A stretch of 64,000 bases of DNA from the human T2T-CHM13v2.0 reference genome, Homo sapiens (GCF_009914755.1 NC_060929.1); one strand, 5' to 3'; positions 30,377 to 44,860 are shown, numbered from the stretch's first letter. Notes: a model not told the origin generated them from the letters alone. Made by a program: numbers and translations.

Positions 30377-30510
30377 GAAGGAAGGAAGGAAGGAAGGAAG
30401 GAAGGAAGGAAGGAAGGAAGGAAGGAAGGAAGGAAGGAAGGAAGAAGGAAGGAAGGAGGAAGGAAGGAAGGAAGGAAGGAAGGAAGGAAGGAAGGAAGGA
30501 AGGAAGGAAG
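30377..30510 (+). repeat. (GGAA)n microsatellite, about 31 units (16 + 2 + 13)
   Basis: Counted: 30380-30443 has 16 perfect units, 30458-30509 has 13. Confidence 0.95.
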
Positions 30511-30527
30511 GGAGAACTAAGTCCCCA

Positions 30528-30816
30528 TTCTTTCTTTTTCTTTGAGATAGGTTCTCTCTCTGTCACCCAGGCTGAAGTGCAGTGGTGTAATCTCAGCTCA
30601 CTGCAGCCTCGACCTTCTGGGCTCATATGATACTCCCACCTCAGCCTCCTGAGTAGCTGGGACTACAGATGTGTACCACTACGCCCAGCTAATTTTTTTT
30701 TTTTTTTTTTAGTGTAAAGATGGGGTTTTGCTATGTTGCCCAGGCTGTTCTCTAACTCCTGGACTCAAGCCATCTGCTCACCTTGGTATTACAGGTGTGA
30801 GCCACTGTACCAGGCC
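30528..30816 (-). mobile_element. AluJ
   Basis: Reverse dimer, tail-to-tail with the Alu at 30096. Confidence 0.9.
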
Positions 30817-30996
30817 TAAATCCTAATTCTAAATTCCTGCAAATGGATCTCAGATTGTTCCAGTTTAAATCCAAATTTCAATCTCTAATCACCTTTGACA
30901 GTGCTAAGTCGTTTTGTACAAATGGTGGTCAGAGGCCCACTGCTGGTACAGTTCAAAGAAAACACAACATACAGCAATAAAAAAATGCCAAGAACA

Positions 30997-31296
30997 GACC
31001 AGGCGCGGTGGCTCACACCTGTAATCCCAGCAATTTGGGTGGCCAAAATGGGAGGGTCACTTGAGGTCAGGAGCTTGAGACCAGCCTGGCCAACATGGCG
31101 AAGCCCCATCTCTACTAATGATACAAAAATTAACCAGGCATGGTGGCGCACACCTCTAATCCCAGCTACTCAGGAGGCTGAGTCACGGGGATTGATCGAA
31201 CCCAGGAGGCGAAGGTTGGGGGCAGTGAGCCAAGACTGTGCCACTGCACTCCAGCCTGGGTGACAGAGTGAAACTGCATCTCAAAAACAAGGAAAC
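30997..31296 (+). mobile_element. AluS
   Basis: 14-bp TSD aaatgccaagaaca at 30983-30996 and 31297-31310. Confidence 0.95.
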
Positions 31297-31852
31297 AAAT
31301 GCCAAGAACAATGTTAACATTAAAGCCAAGAAAACTTAACTTGCACAATGATTAATTAGCTACTTCAACTGCAATTTTTTATTGATCTGACTGATTGTCT
31401 GTTTTGGTAGCATGCTGAATGCAATCTCAGTGAGCTAATTATAGATCCAGATTAACGGATCTTAATTTCTATATAGATATATATATATAATATGATGTAA
31501 TGGAACTACATCATTGGCTTCAACAGACATCTCATAACTATGAGAGATTCCCAGACATATCTTGAGACTTGTATAGTCTTCTCACTGTTTACCCAAATCT
31601 TATCAATTCAAACTTTTATAACTTTGATTTCTTCCTTTAAATTATTACTTGTTGTCAAGTCCACAGTGCTTCAGGACCTGCAGTTCATAAAGACCATCAT
31701 GTGGATGTCATCCCCTGGAGTTCTACTCCACAGCAGTCCTGTTCATCTGATAGAATGTTTAAATTCTTTTGTAGTTTGTTATTTTTTTTGTGCCTATAAC
31801 CTACTTTTCCAACTACATTGTAAATTTGTGGAGGCCAGGGATCATGCCTTCC

Positions 31853-32418
31853 TGTGTTAGTTACCTACTGCTGCATAACAAATTCCACCAAGATGTAGCA
31901 GCCTCAAACAACAAACATTTATTATTCACATAATTTCTGAGGGTCAGGAATCTGGGAATGGCTTAGCTGGATCAAACTGTCAGCCAAGGTTGCAACCACA
32001 TGAGAAATCATCTGATGGCTTGACCATGCCTACAGGATCCGCTTCCAAGAGGGCTCACTCAGATTACTGTTGGCAGAAGGTCTCAGTTCATCCCAATGTG
32101 GGATTCTCCACAGGGCTACCTGAACATCCTCACAGTATGTCAGCTCTTTTCCCCAGAGTCAGCGATCATACACAGAGAAAGAGAGAGAGAGAGACAGAGA
32201 AAGAGAGAGAGAGACAGAGAGAGAGAAAGTGAGCAATAATCACAGCACCTTTTTGTGACTTAGTCTCCGAAGTTACACACCACAACTTCCACTTTATGCT
32301 ATTGATTAGAAGCAAGTCATTAAATCCAGCCCTCACTCAAGGGGCAGGAAATTAGACTCCACCTCTTAAAGGGAGGAATATAAAAAAGTTTGTGCATGCA
32401 GTTTTAGAAGTACCGCAC
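31853..32418 (-). mobile_element. MLT1 (MLT1F/G-like) MaLR LTR with internal (GA)n
   Basis: tgtgttagttacctactgctgcataacaaa...gggtcaggaatctggga...cactcaaggggcaggaaattagactccacctctt. Confidence 0.8.
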
Positions 32419-32724
32419 CTTTTTGATGGCATCTTCAGAGTCTACATTTGAGCCAGTACTCAATTTTTATTTTTATTGTGATTGATCACATTGTACAATA
32501 CTGAGAAAATTCACCCAAGTGAAGTATAGGAGCAAATCAAGCTCATATCTCAGAATATTTGCTTATATTTCCAGCTTTCTAGAAAAAGGTTTAACTTACA
32601 TGTTTATCAATTAATTAACACATCTATCCTTTCCTGTTATAACCATTATTTGGGGGGCCTTATTACATGTTAGACACCGTTATATAGTAAAGGGACACAA
32701 ATAAATCTTTGTGTCTCTGCTCTT

Positions 32725-32885
32725 ACTGTACTTTAGAATCACCCTGGAGAAATTTAAAAAATAATTTTGCCTGACCCCCACCCAGAAGATTAAATCAGAA
32801 TATTCTGTAGTAGAGCTTGGTACTGGTATTTTGTACAGTTCTCCAGATGGTTCTAATATACAGCAAGGGACAAGCTCTACTGAAC
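32725..32885. mobile_element. MER5-family hAT element
   Basis: ttagaatcaccctggaga...ccccacccagaagattaaatcagaat...ctccagatggttctaatatacagc. Confidence 0.65.
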
Positions 32886-33729
32886 TAGATAATTTTGGTT
32901 GTCTTTTGCATAACTTGTTCTCTTCCCAAAGAGTCTTCTGACATTACAGCAGTTCCCTGTGCAAGGCCAAGAGGTCCAGGTGATAGTCCAGGGAGGGGAA
33001 AAAAATGTGTGTTTCTTGATCCTTTGACACATGGTGCATGTGTTTGGGTATATGAAAATTATATTTCCTATTGCTCATTCTTTTCCTAGATTGACAGAGG
33101 ATGCCCTGGATGCCACTTGTATCTCAGAATTAAGATTGTAACTAAATAGGGCATAGAATTTCTCTCAGCTTGGGTAGGAACAGGCATTCAAGAGACCAGA
33201 GAGGCCTCCTCAGAGATTCGCAGAAAGGGAGGACCTGGGTTACAAACTTTCTTGGAGTTTGCTCGCTGAGCTTAAGACTAGATGGTTGCCTGTTTCATAC
33301 AAACAATGTACCCCAGGGTAAAGCTTCCTCTTCCAGCTTCCTCCTTCCTTATTTCTGTATTTGTAGAGCTTTACAAAGTGGTTTCTCTCTGACTGGCTAC
33401 TGACTCCTCTCGCCTCTGGGTGGAGCTGAGTTCAGTGAAAAACAGGGTGACTTGAAAACACCACACCTATAATTGAAGAGTATTTCTTAAGGTCTTTTAT
33501 GATCTGTCTTTTCTAGTTATTGCCTCTCACACTGTCCAAAATCAAACCAGCTGAGTCCACAATCCGGGTAACAGCTGTTCAGGCTTGGCATCAAACAACC
33601 CTTGGGACTCAGGGCATGACTCTTCAGTGAGATTAGTCGTAACCTAAGAGGCATCTCTGGCTACTTTCAAATTATTTCCATTGCAAAAGATACTGAATTA
33701 TTTGTTGAATCACGTCATTTTCTTGGAAA

Positions 33730-33935
33730 AACCTCTGCCTCCGGGGTTCAAGGGATTCTCCTGCCTCAGCCTCCTGAGAAGCTGGGATTACAGGCAGGCG
33801 CCAAAACAGCCAGCTAATTTTTTTGTATTTTAGTAGAGACAAGGTTTCACCATGTTGGCCAGGCTGGTCTCGAACTCCTGGCCTCAAGTGATCATCTGCC
33901 TGCCGGGATTGTTGGCATGAGCCACCACACCTGGC
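33730..33935 (-). mobile_element. AluS fragment lacking its 3' end and tail
   Basis: Begins abruptly at aacctctgcctcc with no polyT. Confidence 0.88.
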
Positions 33936-36176
33936 TCCACTAACTTTCCTAAAAGCTATTTACTATAAAAAAAATCAATATTATCTCTGTGTTACAGAAG
34001 AGGAAACTGAAACCAAGAAAAAAATAAGAGCATTGCCCAAAAGTGATTTCCACTTCAATCTTTTCCTTTTGTTTCTTTTCTAGCTTTCTTTCTGTTCCAC
34101 CTTCACGTTTTTTTCTATTTTTTTTTTCTTGATTATTCTTTCCCTTTCATTTGCCTCTTTGAGTTTCAGGAATAAGAAATGCATTCTTAGAAGCATAAAT
34201 GTTGAACTCAAGAAAAGACAAGTAAAACCTGAGTCAACTTGAAGCTGCTGTTCAAAGAGGGGAAAAAAGAAATCCAGAACAAGGATTTATTCCTGACCCA
34301 AACTACTGTCTTCATAAGTTGGCTGGCTCACCTGACTGTCAAAACAAGTTTGGGAAGGAGGAAGAAATGAACACATTAGCTTTGCAACAACACTTGCCCC
34401 ACTGCCCGCCCACTTACTTGAAGAGGAAGTTGGTAAACTTCACCTTTGGGATTCTAAACGGCCTAGCTGCAATTCAGCTCTAAACATTGTACTATCCTGT
34501 GGCCAGGCGCCCCAAGGAATCTGAAGGATTCAGACGGGTGAAGTGATAACCATAATAATGCCTTCCATTTGTATAACCCCTTTACAAAGAATGTTTTCAT
34601 GTGTCATCTCATATACTCACTTATGTCATTCATTAAAGTATATGGAAGGTCTAACATGAAAGTAATGATAGTGTTCCCCTAAATGAGCTCGAGACCTTGG
34701 TTTTTTTAAAAAAATCATACCTTTCTTGTCTATTTTGATAGTTTTCTAATGCAGTTTCATGGGGAAAAAAATCACAGAGATGACCTGATGGTACAAACTA
34801 AAGCTATCTCTGGAGACACCTGTCTAAAGAGTCATGGGTAGTTTCTTCTTAATATTTGCAAGTTGGCAATATTCCACTGAAGTCTTGGACTCTGTTGGCT
34901 GCCTGTAAGATCTCTCCCTGGAACACCCCAGAAGTCTCTACTGCTTTTCTAAAGAACTCATGAATGGGAAAGAGCTTAAAGTTATAAGGACTTGGAAATA
35001 CTTTTTATAGAAAATCGGGAAAGTGAATCGGGAGAATTAACCTAAGGGTTTAATTAATCTTCACAGTTGGTTTGTGACCTATGATTATATTAGTCTCTTT
35101 AGGATTTGTCAAGAGAACTTGCATGAGATTAATATCCTTCCCTTAATCCCTACTTTTAATAGAGTTTTGTTTAGCCTCATGTTCTCAGCTGCCCTGTGCC
35201 CCTGCCAGAAATCCTAGCCCTTCCCAGAGGTCAGTTAGAGGTGGTTTATCAGATGGAAAGAATGAAATGGTAATCCCTATCAAACACTGAAATTTCTAAA
35301 TCCAGGCAGAATTTTTATCATTATATGTAAAAAAAATTTGGGAAGTCCTCACACCTCCTAGAAGCAACACTCATTTAGAAGGTTGTTTGGTTTGTTTCCA
35401 AACGAACAGGTAGTTTCAGTTAGAGCTCTACTTTTGCAAATCAGACAATTTTAGTTAGTCAACATATAAAACATCCTTCATCTAATTTTACGTACATAGG
35501 ATGAACATTATTGTGAAGAATGAAAGGAGGCATTAAAAACAATCACAACAGGACCACACATGCGAACATGGACTATCCAGGGTAAAACAGGACGTGTGGC
35601 CAACCCGCATATACATCAATATTTGAAACAGTTCTTCTCTAGTCCTCATATTTTTTATTATATTGGAATGTGGCAAGGATATTGTTCACTTTCTTTTTTA
35701 TACTGAGAAGTAAATTTATTCAAGTTTCTTGAAAAATAATCTTACATTCTAAGTCTCCACTAATCTGTTTCGAAGCTCATCATGTATTTATTTCTATGAA
35801 ACTGAGATGTAGGCTTTCCACATAGCTATATTTTTGTGAATCCTCCAGAAGATTATTTAAAAATACCTACAGTTTTTCCCACTATTTCAACATTTATTCA
35901 AAGACATTTAGTTTTATTTTGAAAAACTTCGAAGTTTATTTTGGAATAAAAGTGTCAGTTCTTCCCCCCAATTCTCCAAGTTTTAGTAGAACAATGGATT
36001 TACCTTTTAGAAGAACATTGAGTATCTGAATATAACAACACTTTACTGTTGATTATCAGATGTCAAAACTGACAATCTCCGTCTCCCACCCATGAGTCAG
36101 TTGCCTGCCTAATTTATGTATAGACAGATAGAGATGTAGAAACATAGAGAGAGAGAGATCAGTGATAGATAGATAG

Positions 36177-37165
36177 TGCTGGGGCTTAGAACACAATACC
36201 CCAAAATATGGCACTTTGGTATGCTGAGTAGTTGGAACTGAAGGAGACTGGAAAGGCTTCAGAAGCAAGAAGTCCTCCCTGGCCTTCTCCAACCCTCCTT
36301 TCTGCTTTCCCACTTCCCCTCTGAGCAGATCATAGAAACTAGAACTCCTCATCCCAAAGCAACTCATAATACCTGTAAGTGTCACTCTTTGCCCTTTTCC
36401 CTTTTCTCCTGAAGACCCTCGTGTGACAAGTATCCTGCCCTATACCCAGAGGAAAGAATGCCAAACAGAGGGGCCAAAAAGAATCTGATTAAACAGGACT
36501 TCATAAGTTCCCCTAGTTTATGACCATTAGATCATAACCTTTTTGTCCAATTACATTTCTACATGGTTGTCCATTCTTCATTGAACCTAAACATAAAAGT
36601 ACACAGTTTTCCCTGTGTCTTTAGGTCTTGATTTCTGAAGGCTCCTTATCACATAAAACTTTAATTGAATACATTTGTTATGCTTTTCTTTTGCTAACTG
36701 GTCTTCTGTATTGAAGTGTCAGCCATGACCTTAAAAGGTATTACCTTCTCACTTTCTACCTCTACGGTTTCTGGCACCCAACATGGAGTGGCTGAGGCAC
36801 TTGACTCACTCCGGAGCCTGCAGTTGAGATCCTGGGACAACTGACAAAAAGCCGGAAAAAAGGTTAAAAAAAAAAGTTTTTACCAAGGTCAGTATTTCGG
36901 GATCTCTGCCTATAGTGCCCGTGAAGGGAAAGTGGAAGGTAAAAATTTATCTTTATCCTTTCCTTTCCAACTTCAGGTTAGCAGAAGAAAATATTTGTTT
37001 GAATTGTAATTTGTGTGTAAATTTGGTTTGGGCATACTCATTTGCTATTAATCCTTTAAATAAATGTGTTATGCTTTTCTCTTTTTAACTTGACTTTTGT
37101 TACAGGATGTTAGGTATCGACCTTGGAATGGGTGAGGAAGAAGGACCTTGTTGTCCCCAATTTCA
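36177..37165 (+). mobile_element. Deleted ERV1 provirus (MER34/MER39-like): 5' LTR 36177-36766, PBS, short internal segment, partial 3' LTR ~37058-37165
   Basis: LTR start tgctggggcttagaacacaataccccaaaatatggc; the motif gttatgcttttct occurs in both LTR copies; PBS-like tggcacccaacatggagt at 36772-36789. Confidence 0.75.
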
Positions 37166-37784
37166 TAGATAGATGATGGATGAATTTTATGGGTCTAATT
37201 CAAACACACACGGGACAAATTGGTTTGAACACACCAGATTTTAAGAGGGCTCATTTTGCTCCAGTTTTAAATTTAATTATATTTAACATCGTGTTATATT
37301 TTTATTTTTCTCCTGCTATACATGTATTTGTAAAATGTCTGAAATTCTTTGGAAGTAGGAGAAGTACAAAAAAAATGACCATATACAAGGTTGTGATGGG
37401 GGAAGGAACAAGGGGGCTTAGAACTGGGAAATTCAGAGGTTTAAGCAATGGTCCCCTGGGGGCGAAGATGACACCACATTCACAAGAAATGGAGAGGATG
37501 TCTAGCATGTGATCCTCCAGTCTGAATTATAAGGTCTTCTTGATTTATCTATTTTTCCCCTGTATTTGGGTGCGAATATTAGCTTCCCTTTCTGCTCTAG
37601 TGTACATGGTTGCTTAAGGTAAGGGCACTAAGGAATTTCTGGAATACCTGTTCTTTAATAAAGTCATCAGCCATTTATGAACATTCCGCTCTAACTTGTT
37701 GGCATTGGAAAGTCATTCTGGATTTTTGAGTGGGTAATGACATGATACAATATGCCTTAGTAAGATTAACTCATCAGTGAGTAA

Positions 37785-38015
37785 GACAATAACAGCTAAC
37801 ATTTTATATCATGCTTGCTTTTACTGGATACAATTTTATATCTACTCCATCATTGAATCTTCGAAAGAACCATATGTGAAATAGATACTTTTATTATCTC
37901 CATTTTCCAGACAAAGAAATGGGAGCTATTTCTGTTGAAATAACTTGCCAAGTTCATATCACTATAAAGAGGTAGAGCTAACAGTCAAACCCATGCAGTA
38001 AAGTTCTAAAGCTTG
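37785..38015 (-). mobile_element. MIR
   Basis: aataacagctaacatttt...ttattatctccattttccagacaaagaaatggg...taacttgccaagttca. Confidence 0.75.
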
Positions 38016-38283
38016 TCTAATTATCTGCTACACGGTCAGGACTAGATTGACTAGAAGGAGATACTGAAAGCAGGAAAACTATGTAACAGATTATTGCATA
38101 ATTCAGACATAAGAGGATGAAGCAAGGGGAAAGAAAAGGCAAGGGTGGTGCTGCAAAGGAAGAGATAGTAGGATCGTGAAATTCTTTGAAGTTGTCAGGT
38201 TGTAAAGAGAACAAAGACATATTTAGCTTGATTAATAGGAGTAATGTGGCTGGTAAAAAAACACTGAAAAAAGTGAGACTGTT

Positions 38284-38633
38284 GCCAGGCACAGTGGCTC
38301 ACGCCTGTAATCCCAGCACTTTGGGAGGCTGAGATGGGTGGATCACCTGAGGTCAGGAGTTCAAGACCAGCCTGACCAACAAGGTGAAACCCTGTCTCTA
38401 CTAAAAAAACAAAAAACAAAAAAACAAAAAACAAAAAAAAACCCCAAAAACCTACAAAAATTAGCCTGATGTGGTGGTGCATGCCTGTAGTCCCAGCTAC
38501 TCGGAGGCTGAGGCAGGAGAATTGCTTGAACCCTAGAGGTGGAGGTTGCAGTGAGCCGAGATTGCACCACTGCACTCCAACCTGGATGACGGAGCAAGAT
38601 TCAATCTCAAAAAAAAAAAAAAAAAAAAAAAAA
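38284..38633 (+). mobile_element. AluS with expanded (AAAAAAC)n middle linker
   Basis: TSD aaaagtgagactgttg on both sides; linker 38403-38460. Confidence 0.95.
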
Positions 38634-40014
38634 GTGAGACTGTTGAGTGAGGGAATAACTTCTTTCTGGGTATTTGAAATTTTAGAAAAATCTAGAATGA
38701 ACAAAGAAAGTTGGTGTATTAATCTTGTTTACAAAGCAAAATGAAACACCCAAATAAACGTTAGCTGTTTCTCCATTATGTTCCACTTCACTGAGAGGAA
38801 ATCACATTGGTGGAATGTATAGGATGTCTCCTCACAAGAATCATTAAAAAAAAAAAAGTATAATTTTGTTGCAGAAATGAAAAGAACAGACTCCTGAAAA
38901 CTTAATTTGTTCAAGGTCACACACCTTGTGAATAGCCAAATCTTTTCTGTTTCCTTGATAATCAATAGTTATACATCAGAATATTCATCACTAATGATGA
39001 TTTTCAATCCCTTAGGCAAGGAGAGCTCAGAGTGTGAAGAAATGTGGAGAGAAGGAATGAATAAACAAACGAATAGATCTATGAATGGATAATATGTAAG
39101 TTTTAAGAATAAAAAAATCTCCACCTGAAATTCTCTTTTCCTACTTTTCCATTAAACCATGTAGGTTCTTTTGTTCATAGCATTACTCAAAACTTACCCT
39201 TTATTAAAAAAAAAAAACAACTTTCTAAATGGAAAATCATTGGTCTCTAGTTCCTTTGGATTTAGGTGTTTTGGGTTTTTTTTTTTTTTTTTTTTTTTAA
39301 AGCGACCCTTAAAACACATTGATGTGATCTCAAGATATTTCTACTAAGCACCTATACAGGGGTTGGGTATAATCTCTTTCATGAACTACAGCTAACCCAG
39401 AGAAGTGGGCAGCAACTTTAGACCTTCAGTTTATTTGGAAATCTCTGTTAGGCCATATTTTATGATTCACTGGGCAAACATATCTTATACACTGCATGAG
39501 TCTTTGTATTTGTGTGAATATTGACTTATCCTTCAGCTTTTAAGGCACTAGTTGCAGGAACAGAGATTTCTTTCTGCTAAATGAATCTTGACAGGTGAAC
39601 TTTACATTGTTTGAAGGCATTTTAATTCCTTCCAGATATACATTAATTTATCTAGTTTATTGACTGGAAGTTATAATTGAGTTGCAAAATGAGAGCAACA
39701 TGTTCTTTTCCTTCTGACAGATTCATTTCCATCGGAATACATCGTCTTCAACGACAGGTGACCAACCCACTAGGTAAGTGTGAGGATTAATAATAGGGCT
39801 TGGTCATGTTTATACAATTTTCAAAGCTCTCATTAGAAAAGTGCTACGGTGGCCCTAAAAAGCTGGTCTTCATCTACCTATGCTCAGGCTAAGAATCTGC
39901 TTTCATAAACCCAACTTTTTTCCAAAGATATTCAGGAGTAGTAACCAGCTGTTTTCCAAATCAAGTTAACATGTCCTTAAGATCAGTTTAAATTATAGCT
40001 AATGTTACTAGAAC

Positions 40015-40185
40015 AGAGGTCTTCAAATTTTAGCATGACTCAGAATCACCTGGAGACCTGGACTCCATCCCTAGAGTTTCTGATTCAGTAGGTCTGGATG
40101 GAGCCTGAGAACAGGTATTCTAACACATTTCCAGGTGGAAGGGTTTCTCCTGGCCAGGGCATCACACTTTATGAACCACTGCCTA
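40015..40185. mobile_element. MER5A hAT element
   Basis: cagaatcacctggag...agagtttctgattcagtaggtctggatggagcctgaga...cacactttatgaaccactg. Confidence 0.8.
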
Positions 40186-41288
40186 GGAAGGCACTCTCTT
40201 AGCAGTGGGACTGCAAGAGCAATAATATCAAAGAGAAATTGTAGAAACTTCTCTAGACAGATTAAGATGTGGTCATTTAAAATTAGATCTGGTTTTCTTA
40301 TTGTTTATTTGTTTGGAAGAAAGTTGTGAACTAAAAAACAGAGATTGCTCCTAATACTCTTGACTTGATCTAGAGTTACGTGATTAAATTTCTCTCGGTG
40401 TCTGCGTCCGAATCCAGTACCTCTACTCTCACATCCTCTCCCTCAACCAAAACCAAAAGTAAAACAAAACAAAGCAAATATCTAAACAAAATGCTGTGGT
40501 CTCTTACCAGCACTTAAAAAGTTAACAACAGCACCGAATAGAATTGCTCAAGGCAGTGAAGGTTAAACCAGCATTTGGAAATGCTGTGAGAACACAGATA
40601 GTTTAAACTGTGGAAGAGGCCTGAGGAAATAACAGAGGAAAACTTTCCGTCCAAGGTTCCAGTTGCCAAGGAGTTTGTGTAGGTTGCTGGAGACCTCACC
40701 CCTCCGTGGCTCCTCTGTGACTCACTGTGTCCCTGGGAAGCCTTGGACTCAGCAACCAGCGAAAACTCAGAAACTCTGCCTTTGATCTCACTAGGATGAA
40801 ATGCCCCAGAGAGCTTTGGTTTCTAAAACATGGATGTTTCTGATCACACAGACAGTAGCAAAGCCTAGACTCCGATTCCTAGAATTTGGCCTGATTATGA
40901 CCCAGGTGGAAAGGTTGAGATTAGAGAAAACCAAGTAATGGATCCCCCTGGAGGTGCAGGAGAGAGGGAGGAAGGACTCACACACCCTTAGACCCGGCTC
41001 AGATGTCGGGTGGCTTGACACTTCAAGGTCACTCCTGCTATGTTCCTGAAACCCAGTTCTGTGTGAATCCCCTTTTTTGAGAGCTGAATCACCTCCTATA
41101 GGTAGAAAATGACACACAGATGAAATGGCTTTTTGTTCTGGATACATTTTATCTTTAGCCATTTCACATTTTGCCCTTGCAGGTCTGAATCCAATTCTAA
41201 CCAGAAGCAAGTATGTCCATTTTCCTTTCCCCCACAAAGAAGAATCCTTCATGCTGCAGTGCTTAATCAAAATTTTACCTAGTTCAGA

Positions 41289-42102
41289 TCAGCGCTTCTC
41301 ACACTTTAATGTATGTAGATATGAATAACCTGGGGATCTTTCTAAGAAGCACGGGCTAATTCTGTAGGTCTACAATGGGGCCTGAAATTCTGCCTTTCTA
41401 ACAAACTCCCAGGTGATATAGAGACTGCTGCTCTGAGGACCAGGCTTTGAGTAGCAAGGGGATGAGTTTTCAACTTTGGCTGCGCAATAAGATCACTCTG
41501 AGAGGCTGATTGCTGGTTGCTGGTTTTTAAGACTAACATTCAGGTATCCAGAGACTGGTCTGGAGTGGGGCTTCATATTCCTTAAGAACTTCCTTGGTTA
41601 TTTATGATTATGCAACCAGGATTGAGAAAACAAATCCAAATGAATGTTTTTCAAACTGTGAGTAGCAATCATTAGTGGATCAGAATCAGAAATAACATTT
41701 AAAATATTATTTAAATGAAACAGAATGGAGCAGAACACAGCAGAGCACATTAGAATAGTGTAAGTATTGTTTCGTGAAACTTTTTAGCTATGTACCTATG
41801 CGACTATACAGCTCTCAATGTATATTACTAAGAATTAGAGTCAAAAAACTTTGAAAGTCTGTTGCAACTACTTAACTCTGTCATTGTAGTACAAAATTAG
41901 GCATGGACAACATGTAAATGAATGGACATGGCTGTGTGAAATTTGCATTTCATATAATTTTTACATGTCACAAAGTATTTTGTATTGATTGCTTTTCAAC
42001 AGTTTAAAAATGTAAAACCATTCTTAGCTCGTGGGCTCTACAGCAAAAGAGCAAATTGGCCAGCTTGGCACTTGGGGCTTGTATAGGTTGTTGGCCTCTT
42101 AC
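41289..42102. mobile_element. Cluster of abutting hAT-Charlie elements (MER5A1-like, MER5B-like, Charlie-like, MER58B-like)
   Basis: Successive recognisable motifs: gcctgaaattctgcctttctaacaaactcccaggtg; gttgcaactacttaactctgtcattgtag; aaaaatgtaaaaccattcttagctcgtgggc. Confidence 0.7.
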
Positions 42103-42902
42103 CTAGATTGAGATATATTCTTTGTTTGGACCCTAAACTTGATTTGATCAGTTCAGTTATAACAAATTGCCTCAGGCTTGGTCCCAAATTAGTCTCCTAT
42201 TCTGATTCTACTGCATCCTTTGTATTTTGATTAAAAACACCTGTATTTAGAGGCCAGGCCTTTTGTGGTTGTTAGTAATAACAACAATTGTTGCTGTTAA
42301 AACAAGACAGTATGATACTTTGGGCTTTAAAAATCCATGTCAAAATCCTGTATTAAATATGCAAAGTAGTTTTGGCTAAGAATAACTGAGTAACTGGATA
42401 AAATATGTGTCTTCCCACCACTTTACGTAGCAGCATTTCACTTTGATAATAAAATCTCAACACTTCCATTAATAAATTGGCAGTTTATCCTAAAGAATAG
42501 ATGTTTTAAAAGGTGTGCTTTGCAAATGAACAATTGAGGACATATAATGATCAAATGCAAGTAAGTTCCTTACAGGAAAATATGATTCTTTTTTACTATT
42601 GAACAGAAAACTAAACAATTTCAATGAAAGCCATGGTTTCATTGAGATTTCAAAAGGGAAACATGCTTCCCTTTTCTCAGTTACTGGGCATATTATACAT
42701 TTTGTAGTAACTTGTTGGAGCATTCTATTTTAAGATTTTCAAGGTACCAGAGTTAAAAGCTTAGATCTTGGGTAACTTTTTGGGGTGGCAGACAGTGTCC
42801 CACTCATTTTTGGCTATAATTGTAAGTATTTATTGCATTTCCACTGTGTACTTGGTTGTTGGCTTACCCCTTGAAGATATGGCAGTTAAAAATGCAAACT
42901 TC

Positions 42903-43242
42903 CCCTGTAATCCCAGCACTTTGAGAGGCTGAGGCAGGAGGATTGCTTGAGGGAAGGAGCTTGAGACCAGCCTGGGCAAAATATTGAGACCACCCCCGCC
43001 AACCCGCCATCTCTACAAGAAACAAAGCTAACAACAAGAACAACAAAAATTAGCCAGGTGTGGTGGTGCATGCCTGTATACCTGTAGTCCCAGCTACTTG
43101 GTAGGCAGAGGCAGAAGGATCACTTGAGCCCAGGAGTCGGAGGTTACACTGAGCTATGATGGCACCACTGCACTTCAGTCAGAGACAAAGCAAGACCCTG
43201 TCTCAAAAACAAACAAAAAAACAAACAAACAAACAAACAAAC
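42903..43242 (+). mobile_element. AluJ, 5'-clipped, with (CAAA)n tail
   Basis: Dimer with small inserts; tail aaacaaacaaac. Confidence 0.9.
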
Positions 43243-43589
43243 CATGGCTTGTGAGCACACAGAGCTTAAAAGATTGTAAGCAGATGATGGCAGAGGCCAC
43301 TCTTAGGCAGTTACAGATAAATCTGTAATTACCAACTATAATAAAACCAAATGTAAATGCTATGAAGAGTGTGTTAGACGCGACTCAGTTTTTAACTAGG
43401 TGTTTCATGGGAAGCATCTTTGAGGCGTAACATTTTAGCTTTTATACAGCTTTTTGTAAAAAATATAACTTTTATATAGGGTAGGTACATGAACAGATTT
43501 CCATTTTAATCTCTGAGAAGGTCAAAATTCATGTTTGGTCATCTTCAAGTACCAACAGAGTACGGGCATGTGGTAGAACTCAATAAGCT

Positions 43590-44860
<1,271 letters not shown>

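Noticed and set aside
30174-30626. 150-aa minus-strand ORF with LPSF repeats
   Set aside because: Translation of two Alus and the (TTCC)n microsatellite; not a gene.
38195-38744. 169-aa and overlapping ORFs, and similar Alu ORFs throughout the track
   Set aside because: Typical Alu-derived peptides ([26 protein letters not shown]).
40791-41270. 159-aa minus-strand ORF in unique sequence
   Set aside because: Non-ATG start and no family resemblance; cannot be supported as coding.
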